From contig DATKXY010000266.1 in assembly GCA_035528795.1 (NCBI GenBank), positions 1,683-65,682 of the forward strand: a stretch of 64,000 nt of DNA, read 5' to 3'. The position numbers and the translations under genes were made by a program. The stretch comes from an archaeon (lineage in GTDB: Bacteria > Gemmatimonadota > Glassbacteria > GWA2-58-10). Below, one piece after another: positions 56,082 to 64,000 of the stretch (within the stretch, counting starts at the first letter, position 1; every line of letters starts with the position of its first letter). The notes under the pieces were generated by a model. That model searched no databases. It saw nothing but the letters and a program-made list of their open reading frames with translations, and was not told where the DNA came from.

Positions 56082-58090
56082 TTCATCATCTCCGTCAGCA
56101 AATCAGCAATCTCTTTCTCAGTGGCCCTGAGATCGGCCTCGATCTCCTCCAGAGGGCGCGGAGGCGTATATTTATAAAAGTAGCGGTTGAAGTTTACCTT
56201 GTAGCCAACCTTGGTCTTTGACTCGTCGACCCAGGCGTCAGGCACATGCGGCAAAACCTCCCGGGCCATGTACTCATCTATGTTCTCCTTGAGCGGCACG
56301 TTCTCATAATCCCGAAGCTCCGGGTCAGGCTCAGGGTTGCCCTTGCTGTCTAAGCAAGTATCCGCAGTCTCATCGCGCTCGGCTAAGGCCATCAGGATGG
56401 CTTTAAAGAGAGGTGCCTGGACTACAAGCCCTGCTTCCCTGAAGCTGGATTTGAGCATATCGCTGAACTGGTCGCGATTTTTAACCAAACCTTTGGAAGC
56501 CAATTTTTGCACGGTATCCAGTGTAGCTTGCTGAATTTTTTTACCCTCGGCTATTTCGGCCTCAGCCGCTTTTATATCTTTACGTTTTTTGCTTGTAGCC
56601 AGGGCAACGAACTGACTTGCATCCCGGACTCTTGCCAGCCGCTCCTCATTGACGGCAAAGTTGAGCCGCAACGGACGCTCTACAGTGATACGCCTGCAAC
56701 CGAAGTCCTCATTGTCGAATATTTTTACAAACTCGCCTTCCTTGAACTCCCCGTAAAGACGGGTGATTTCATCGCGCTGGGGTTCACAGATCTCGTTCCG
56801 CTTGTTGCCCAGGCTTTTGCGCATCTTCTTGAAAAAGCTTGTGGCGTCGATGAGCTGAATCTTGCCCCGGCGATATCTTTCTTTGCGATTTGTGACGATC
56901 CAGAGATAGGTGAATATACTAGCATTGTAAAAGAGTTGGTCGGGCAGGGCGACAATAGCTTCAAGCCAGTCGTTTTCAATTATCCACTGGCGAATGTTAC
57001 TCTCTCCTGACCCGGCTGAACCCGTAAAGAGTGGCGATCCGCTGAATACAATGGCCAGCCTTGTTCCGCCCTCCTTAGGGTCTTTCATTTTGCTGATCAT
57101 GTGCTGGAGAAAGAGTAATGAACCGTCATTTATACGCGGCAATCCCGCACCGAAACGCCCGCCGAAGCCCTGCTCCTCGTGTTCCTTGCGGACAGTGTTT
57201 TCCTCCGGTTTCCACTCCACGCCGAAGGGTGGATTGGCGAGCATGTAATTGAAAGTTTTACCAGCGAAATAGTCATCTGTGAAGCTGTCACCGAAACGGA
57301 TATTGTCCAGGCTCTGATCTTTGATCATCATGTCCGATCCGCAGATGGCATAGGCTTGGGCATTGTAGTCCTGGCCGAAGACTTCCAGGCGGGCATCCGG
57401 GTTGAGCTCGCGTACATATTCCTCAGACACAGAGAGCATGCCGCCTGTGCCGCAAGCCGGGTCGTACACTGTCTTGACGATGCCTTTGGTGGTCAGCACA
57501 TCGCTGTCAGGGGCGAAAATGAGGTTAACCATTAAGCGGATAACTTCGCGCGGAGTGAAGTAGTCGCCGGCCTCCTCGTTACTGGCTTCGTTGAACTGCC
57601 GGATAAGCTCCTCAAAGATATAGCCCATCTCGATGTTGGGCACTTTGTCGGGGTGCAGATCAATCTCGCAGAATTTGGAAACTATCAGATACAACCGGTC
57701 TGCTTTTTCGAGTTTTGCTAGATGCTCTTCGAAGCCGAAATGCTCTATGATCTCGCGAGCATGGCTGGAAAAACTCTTGATATACAGTGTGAAATTCGCC
57801 GCGATGTTGTTGGGATCACCTTTAAGCCTTTCAAAAGTGAATTGGCTGATGTTGTGAAAAGCCTGACCGGCAGCCTTGTTTAGAATCGGTTCGAGGTTTG
57901 TGACCTTGCTCCAAGAAAGGCTTTTGAGTTTCTCAAGTACTTTATCCTTAGTGGGTTCGAGCACGCAATCCAGACGCCTCAGGACAGTCATCGGCAGCAT
58001 CACATCTTTAAACTGGTTGGGCCGATACGGCCCGCGCAGCAGATCCGCAACAGACTTAATAAAACTGACCTTTTCACCAAAATTGTTCAT
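56078..58090 (-). CDS. hsdM: Type I R-M methyltransferase subunit M
   Basis: LPMTVLRRLDCVLE, FTPREVI, YDPACGTGGML, ANPPFG. Confidence 0.97.
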   Translation of the reverse strand: MNNFGEKVSFIKSVADLLRGPYRPNQFKDVMLPMTVLRRLDCVLEPTKDKVLEKLKSLSWSKVTNLEPILNKAAGQAFHNISQFTFERLKGDPNNIAANFTLYIKSFSSHAREIIEHFGFEEHLAKLEKADRLYLIVSKFCEIDLHPDKVPNIEMGYIFEELIRQFNEASNEEAGDYFTPREVIRLMVNLIFAPDSDVLTTKGIVKTVYDPACGTGGMLSVSEEYVRELNPDARLEVFGQDYNAQAYAICGSDMMIKDQSLDNIRFGDSFTDDYFAGKTFNYMLANPPFGVEWKPEENTVRKEHEEQGFGGRFGAGLPRINDGSLLFLQHMISKMKDPKEGGTRLAIVFSGSPLFTGSAGSGESNIRQWIIENDWLEAIVALPDQLFYNASIFTYLWIVTNRKERYRRGKIQLIDATSFFKKMRKSLGNKRNEICEPQRDEITRLYGEFKEGEFVKIFDNEDFGCRRITVERPLRLNFAVNEERLARVRDASQFVALATSKKRKDIKAAEAEIAEGKKIQQATLDTVQKLASKGLVKNRDQFSDMLKSSFREAGLVVQAPLFKAILMALAERDETADTCLDSKGNPEPDPELRDYENVPLKENIDEYMAREVLPHVPDAWVDESKTKVGYKVNFNRYFYKYTPPRPLEEIEADLRATEKEIADLLTEMMK

Positions 58091-58194
58091 TGTCGATTCG
58101 CCCTTTATTCAGACAATACCCGATAGCATCGCTTAAAATGGCTATTACTACCCTTGAAGCTATAAAAATTCATAATAGACTTGTTGATCTGTAT

Positions 58195-58737
58195 CTACTG
58201 TTGTGCTATGTCTATTTTCTCTCCTGCATTTGCTATTTTACGATAGGCAAAGGTACCTAGAATGCCTTGAAAGAAAAAATAGGCAAAAATTATTGCCATC
58301 CACCATCCTGTTGCTTTTCCTGTATCTACCCACATTAAAATTTTTGAGCCTATAAAATATAGAAACATTATTAGTGCACATGCCCTACTTTTCTTGTAAA
58401 CGCCGAAAGTAAGGCTAAAAATTAGAGTGACGTCTAATATATTCCATAAGTCAAAACCCATAAAATCGATACCAGCAGCGCCAATTTTCGAATACAAGGT
58501 AGCGATCAACGTTAATACACCACAAAAAATTCCCGCTATAACGGCACTTTTGATTGCATTTTTTGCTCTTTTAATATTTGTGGCTAAATCCGAATTCGAT
58601 GTTTTCACCAAAATCTGCGCCGACTCAATAGGCTGCTGAGTAGCTGGTTTTGGGGTATCTATTGGTAACTTTTTCCCGCAAGAAGAACAAAATTTGGCTT
58701 GACTATTTACTTGTAGCCCACAATTTGGACAGAACAT
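58195..58737 (-). CDS. Zinc-ribbon membrane protein
   Basis: MFCPNCG..KFCSSCG, then four hydrophobic segments. Confidence 0.8.
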   Translation of the reverse strand: MFCPNCGLQVNSQAKFCSSCGKKLPIDTPKPATQQPIESAQILVKTSNSDLATNIKRAKNAIKSAVIAGIFCGVLTLIATLYSKIGAAGIDFMGFDLWNILDVTLIFSLTFGVYKKSRACALIMFLYFIGSKILMWVDTGKATGWWMAIIFAYFFFQGILGTFAYRKIANAGEKIDIAQQ

Positions 58738-58889
58738 TTATTTTTTCTCCTTATTTTGTTAGAACTCTCTAAGATTGTAAGTTTGAGCTGCTTGTATTAA
58801 AGAAGTCAGGAAATCGTTAAAAGTAATTCTTTTATCAAGTTATATATTTTCGTCTTTTCTATCAACTGTAGAACCTATCTCTTTTTAAC

Positions 58890-59540
58890 TTAAAATTTTT
58901 CTTTTTCCTTTATAACCAAAGTTCCGGCCAATATATCGTGCAAAGCCTGTTTTTTCTCTGTTAATGCTGCTACAATGAAACCAATGCCAAGACAACAAAG
59001 ACTTAAAACCCATTTTCCTAATCCTCTCCCAAGAGCCCTCGTAAAAGAAATTCTATCGCCATGTAGATCGGTAACTTTTATTTTGAGTGCTAATTTACCG
59101 AGAGTTGCTTGAAGAGAGGAGGCTTCCATATAAGGAATATATAGCGCAGCAATAGGGCCAATCACAATATAACATATGAAATCGATTATATTTCCATTCC
59201 CTGATAAACCGGGAACAATTCCCCAAGTCCAATCTATCCAAGTTATTAAAACAATCCATGCCAATATAATTACAATATCAATAAGAAAAGCCACTACTCT
59301 TATCCAAAAACCTGCATATTCCATTCTTTTTTCATGTTCTATAATTTCTTGATCGGTTGATTCTTTTGTAAATTCAACTTTCTTTTCATACTGCCTACTA
59401 CCATTATAGTATTTTTGAGCAGTATTTTTAGACTTTTCTAAGAGATGCTTTGGAAACTTTATCCCGCAGGAAAAACAATAATCGTCTTTATCATCGGTTT
59501 TTGCTCCGCAATTTGGGCAAAACATTGTTTGTTCTCTCAA
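58890..59540 (-). CDS. Zinc-ribbon + RDD-family membrane protein
   Basis: MFCPNCG..YCFSCG; YAGFWIRVVAFLID, QATLGK, KQALHDILAGTLV. Confidence 0.9.
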   Translation of the reverse strand: MREQTMFCPNCGAKTDDKDDYCFSCGIKFPKHLLEKSKNTAQKYYNGSRQYEKKVEFTKESTDQEIIEHEKRMEYAGFWIRVVAFLIDIVIILAWIVLITWIDWTWGIVPGLSGNGNIIDFICYIVIGPIAALYIPYMEASSLQATLGKLALKIKVTDLHGDRISFTRALGRGLGKWVLSLCCLGIGFIVAALTEKKQALHDILAGTLVIKEKEKF

Positions 59541-60069
59541 GGATATTAAATTATTGATGAAGATTGCTTATAGTAGTCCATTATACCTGACCCTACTTGC
59601 CTACCACTCCTACTTTAATAATTGCCTCATATCTCCTTTGTGAAACAAGATTAGCCGATACTAACTGTTTTTCAAAATTGCATTTTTATAATTTTTTATG
59701 AAAATCTATACATGAAAGCATTTTTTCAGCATAAAAACGGTCTTTAATGCCTTAGTCTTCGAATCTTGAGAAATTATTGGCAGCGAAAACAAAGGTTCGA
59801 GCTTGAGAATTATCAATTTGTGGAGAGCCTAATCGGTTTACTGGTATGCAGATCGAATAATCAATTTTACTAATCTCTCTTTAAGAAGTCAACGTAATTA
59901 AACTGGTATTACCGACGGTTCTATTGAGTCTGGCGTTTTGTGAAGAAAGCGGGTAGAGAGTAAATCATCAGCAAAGGGATAGTTTTAGACCTGTACCGCC
60001 TTTAAGGTTAAAGATTGGGATAACATTCTGTCCCTTTTTTGAAACTGGTTTCTCTTTAATAATGTGCAG

Positions 60070-60131
60070 TAGCTGCGATCTAATTTGACCACTACCTTTT
60101 TGAGCAGGAATGTCGGATTAGATCGCAGCTA
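60070..60131. repeat. 15-bp perfect inverted repeat
   Basis: TAGCTGCGATCTAAT ... ATTAGATCGCAGCTA. Confidence 0.8.
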
Positions 60132-60356
60132 ACACAGATCATTGTTATGGAAAAAGCCGTACTTTCAATAAGGAACTCAGATCATCGATTATAGTTTTGA
60201 ATGTTACAGTTCATTTTTCTGTAAAAAATTGTGTAATCGATTAGGCAAAGAGGGATTGACATTTTACTTTTAAATAATCTATCTTGACAACAGATATTTG
60301 TTCAAGTTAAAATTTACTGAAACATTTAACTTTATTAAATGTTTTTGGATGTATAT

Positions 60357-63300
60357 ATGAACAAAAGAAGCGGCAATAATCATACGTATAATTATACCTA
60401 TAAATTATTATATCTACTTATTATCCCCTCGTTCTTTTTATTCTCCTCCTTATTATCGGCACAAAAAATTAAACGCCACCTTGACTCCGCGCAGCTGCAG
60501 GCTTTGCATGAACTCAATGAGTCCTCTCCACGACCCGATTGGCGGGTACGATTCACTGGAGAAGGCAAGAACCCGAGCTTTCTGACTGGCGGGCGATTCC
60601 AGGCGGCAAGCTCCGAACCCGTGGAAGCTAGCCGGGAGTTCTTAAACAAGGCTCGACAAATATTCAGGATGCGTGATGCGCGCGCTGAATTTAACGCAAG
60701 CGTTGTGAGAACTGATAAGGATGGTGTTTTCCACGTCAGGCTGGACCAGAAGGTGGGGTCCTTACCGGTTTTTAATGCACAAATGATCGTGCATGGTGAT
60801 GCGGGTGGAAGCATCTGGATGGCTAATGGCAACTACTATCCGAATTCAGGAGAGATCCCCACACCGGCAGTATCCCGCGAACAGGCTCAGGCAAACGCCT
60901 CCACGGCTTTAAATCTAAATGGTGCGGTGGCTGCGGATTCATGTCCTCTCGGTTTTTATCCGCTGGATGACAATCTTTATCTGGCTTACCGGATAGTGTT
61001 GCTGCCCGGACCCTCCAGCACAGGAATGTACGAAATGGTATGTTATGTCGATGCTATTACAGGCGAAATCCTGAGATCATACAATGACTTAAAGACACAG
61101 GGTACAGAACGAACTACAACCGGCATAGGTTATGGGACCAAAGATATCGAGAGAACTCTGAATGTTACAGCCTCCGGCAGCAATTATTATCTCCGCAATA
61201 TCTCACGGCGTCAGGGAACCTCCGGAAGGATGCTGGCGAATCAAAAGATCGAGGTTTTCGATGCCAGGGGACAGATGATAAACAGTATCGTAAAAGTTGA
61301 AAATCTTTCATCTATTGTAAGTATCGGAGACTCGATATTCAGGGGTAACGCGGTGGTCAGAGCGGCTGTAGATGCCTTCTCATTTTTGGACTCGGTCTAT
61401 TTCTACTATAATAGTGTGCATGGATGGAACAGTTGGGACGATAAAGGGACAAGTGTATTTGCCGTTGTTAACCTGGGTGACAATGACTGGATATACAACG
61501 CTTGTTGGTGGGGTGACAAGAAATCAATGTTTTTCGGGCTTGGCGATGACAGTCAATTCTATCCGTTCTCCTCGGCTTTGGATGTAGTGGCCCATGAGTT
61601 TCAACATGCTGTCACAGATGCCACAGCCGCCCTTGAATATTACGGTCAATCAGGAGCTTTGAACGAAGCATATAGCGATATTATGGCAGCCATGATCGAT
61701 AGAGAAGATTGGCTTATGGGTGAGGATTTATATGTGCGCGGCGGTTACATGCGTAATATGGCCAATCCATCGGCTAATGGCGATCCTGACCACATGAGCA
61801 AATACATATTTACCTCAGAAGACCAGGCCGGAGTGCATTTGAACATGACTATCCCGGTCAAAGCCTTTTACCTGATGTCCGATGGCGGATTCTTTGAGGG
61901 AGTGAGTGTCAATGGTTTCGGTCGTGAAAAGCTTGAAATCCTGCTGTTCCAGACCTTGAAAAATTATCTGACACCACAATCGAATTTCGAGGATGCCCGG
62001 CTGGCAATGGCAGAGGCGGCCAAGGCATTGTACCCAAGTGAGCCTGTAATTGCAGAGGCAGTGGGAAAGGCATGGGACGCGGTTGGGGTGGGTGTCCAGA
62101 ACGTGGCTCTGGGAAGCCCGAAAAATCTCTCCTTGCAGCTGAAAGACCGGGGGATTCAGGTCAGTTGGTCTCCACCTGATCGGGTAATTATACCGGGCAG
62201 CGGTTACAGCTTGAGCGGACAGGTTAGAAGGAATGATGGTGGGGATGTCACTGGGACTGCGGTAATTCTCCAGAAGCTTCCATATGAGAACGACCCCTTG
62301 GTAGTCTACTCCAATTCTTCCGGCAGTTTCAGCTTCTCGGACATCGCCAAGGGACACTATTCACTATTCGCCATTAAAGATATAAATGGAAACGGCAAAA
62401 TAGACCAGGAGGACTGGGTCGGTTTCCTGGACAGTAACTCAGACGGTAATCCTGACTCGATGTGGGTTGATCACAATATTACGGGACTTTCATTGGTCAT
62501 GTACCCCTGGAGTGTACTCGGCAGCTCAACGGTTTCGGGAAAAGTCGTGCGGATTGATTTCGGCAGTGTTGCAGGTGGAGTAGTCGGCCTTATCGGCCAG
62601 GGCAGCGCCGGTTACGAGGGTGGAAATGTCTATAGCCAGGTATTGAGTGCCACCGGTCAGTACAAGTTTGAAGGTGTGAAAGCGGACAAATACATCCTGG
62701 CCTCATTGGTAGACATGGACGGTGATAACGAGCTTGGCAATGGAGACTATTTGGGATTTTACGACCCCAACCTGGATTTTGAACCGGACCTGATTGACAT
62801 ACCATCTGGGATGACGATCACCAACGCCAACATAATTCTCTACAGAATCAACCTGGAATCCACTGAGGTAGAGCCTAACGACAATTTCTTCCTTGCGGAT
62901 CCTCTTGTCTTTGGTGGGGTGATGAAAGCGTCTATATCATCCCCTACCGATATTGATGTTTTTTCGATCAACGTTGACGAGCCGACCACTATTGAAATCG
63001 ATCTGGATGCAGAATCAATAGGATCAGGTCTGGATGCTACCATGGGACTATTTGATGCGGAAGAAAACATTTTAGCAGCCAGTGCGGACGAAGACGGAAA
63101 AGACCCGAGGATAGTATACCAATGTCCTGCTGCAGGGATGTACTATGTTGCCGTTATTGGCGTCTTCACCACCGGGAAATATGAATTGAAACTCGGGAAA
63201 AATAGTACTGCCGCAGCGAATCTATTTCTGCCGGGGAATTTAATTCCGGAGGGGAAAGGCATTGGAAGGCTATACAGCCTTGCTGACAACGGTAAAGTGA

Positions 63301-64000
63301 ACATAAAAACACCGTGGGGCTTGGCAATGACCAAGAATATAATGCGCAGAGGTCTTAATTCCTTAGCGCCATCCAGGATGGGCCTTGTCTCGACGGTTTT
63401 AACGGACACTGACCGTTGGGTGCTTCACGCCTCCTATTTTTCGACCTTGAACTCTGATCAGACAATTACTGGTTATCGAGTTTACCGGGCCACACTGGCC
63501 AACTTCGAGACAAACCAATCCTCGCTGGTGGCGGAAGTGTCAGACACTAGCTGGATTGACCGTAATATCCAGAACAGGCAACGATATTACTACAAGGTAA
63601 CGGCGCTTTACTCTTCGGGAGAGAGCGCGCCCTCAGTTTCTTCATTTATTCTGGCGCAATTCAGCGACAATTCCAGTATCGCTTTCTCCGACAGCCTGCT
63701 GGATTTTGGGGAAATACCGCTTGACAGTTCTTCCCGCAAGAGCATAGCCATAAATAATGCCGGAACCAGCAACCTGCAGGTTTCCAATATTATCTCAGAC
63801 AAGAGGGTATTTGTCCCGGACATCACTTCCTTTACTCTGGCTCCGGGTAGCTCCATGCAGGTATATGTCGTTTTCAGGCCCACTGCTAAGGGTGAATGCA
63901 ACACAAAGCTTACGATTTACAGCAACGACAGCAACACGCCCAGCAAGGAGATACTGCTGCTTGGTAAGGGGGTGGAGAGAAAAGTGTACTTTCTCGGAGA
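60357..64000 (+). CDS. Secreted M4 (thermolysin-like) metallopeptidase with FN3/PPC/Ig-like domains (3' end outside window)
   Basis: Not in the ORF track because it runs off the edge. Signal peptide, FTP/PepSY-like propeptide, DVVAHEFQH (in frame at 61593), QSGALNEAYSD, GVHLN. Confidence 0.9.
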   Translation, partial: MNKRSGNNHTYNYTYKLLYLLIIPSFFLFSSLLSAQKIKRHLDSAQLQALHELNESSPRPDWRVRFTGEGKNPSFLTGGRFQAASSEPVEASREFLNKARQIFRMRDARAEFNASVVRTDKDGVFHVRLDQKVGSLPVFNAQMIVHGDAGGSIWMANGNYYPNSGEIPTPAVSREQAQANASTALNLNGAVAADSCPLGFYPLDDNLYLAYRIVLLPGPSSTGMYEMVCYVDAITGEILRSYNDLKTQGTERTTTGIGYGTKDIERTLNVTASGSNYYLRNISRRQGTSGRMLANQKIEVFDARGQMINSIVKVENLSSIVSIGDSIFRGNAVVRAAVDAFSFLDSVYFYYNSVHGWNSWDDKGTSVFAVVNLGDNDWIYNACWWGDKKSMFFGLGDDSQFYPFSSALDVVAHEFQHAVTDATAALEYYGQSGALNEAYSDIMAAMIDREDWLMGEDLYVRGGYMRNMANPSANGDPDHMSKYIFTSEDQAGVHLNMTIPVKAFYLMSDGGFFEGVSVNGFGREKLEILLFQTLKNYLTPQSNFEDARLAMAEAAKALYPSEPVIAEAVGKAWDAVGVGVQNVALGSPKNLSLQLKDRGIQVSWSPPDRVIIPGSGYSLSGQVRRNDGGDVTGTAVILQKLPYENDPLVVYSNSSGSFSFSDIAKGHYSLFAIKDINGNGKIDQEDWVGFLDSNSDGNPDSMWVDHNITGLSLVMYPWSVLGSSTVSGKVVRIDFGSVAGGVVGLIGQGSAGYEGGNVYSQVLSATGQYKFEGVKADKYILASLVDMDGDNELGNGDYLGFYDPNLDFEPDLIDIPSGMTITNANIILYRINLESTEVEPNDNFFLADPLVFGGVMKASISSPTDIDVFSINVDEPTTIEIDLDAESIGSGLDATMGLFDAEENILAASADEDGKDPRIVYQCPAAGMYYVAVIGVFTTGKYELKLGKNSTAAANLFLPGNLIPEGKGIGRLYSLADNGKVNIKTPWGLAMTKNIMRRGLNSLAPSRMGLVSTVLTDTDRWVLHASYFSTLNSDQTITGYRVYRATLANFETNQSSLVAEVSDTSWIDRNIQNRQRYYYKVTALYSSGESAPSVSSFILAQFSDNSSIAFSDSLLDFGEIPLDSSSRKSIAINNAGTSNLQVSNIISDKRVFVPDITSFTLAPGSSMQVYVVFRPTAKGECNTKLTIYSNDSNTPSKEILLLGKGVERKVYFLG

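Larger units (their letters stand above)
38950..59600. mobile_element. Integrated genomic island (decayed prophage/phage-satellite-like core plus defence locus); boundaries approximate
   Basis: Integrase, AlpA/Xis-like HTH genes, iteron-like repeats, terminase remnants, type I R-M and visibly AT-rich patches; no att direct repeat identified. Confidence 0.7.

Overview
Bacterial chromosomal window in four parts. (1) 1-14.4 kb: a partial secreted CBM9-like protein and a sigma54-driven flagellar rod/ring/hook-junction operon (flgF-G-A-H-I-J-N-K-csrA-flgL-fliW). It is flanked by two unannotated structured RNA candidates: a 6S-like RNA with its own promoter and terminator, and a ~250-nt multi-hairpin after fliW. 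(2) 14.8-38.9 kb: housekeeping genes (uppP, TPR/GWxTD protein, Na+/solute symporter, site-2 protease-trpS-scpA-scpB-rluB, Csd6-like L,D-peptidase, lysC, oxidoreductase). This part also holds two tandem ~1570-aa cyclase-STAND ATPase-TPR proteins whose first class III cyclase domain has its GD catalytic hairpin placed before, not after, the DxSGFT motif. (3) ~38.9-59.6 kb: an integrated, partly decayed phage/satellite-like island with a tyrosine integrase, duplicated repeat-protein cargo delimited by AGGGA-loop hairpins, AlpA/Xis-like genes, an iteron-like array, a small terminase and a broken large terminase. It is followed by a type I R-M locus interleaved with accessory genes, including an MTase(CPPF)-TRD-HEPN-like fusion next to hsdR. 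(4) 60.3-64 kb: a partial thermolysin-family multidomain protease. All calls come from motif reading by eye; no database searches were run.
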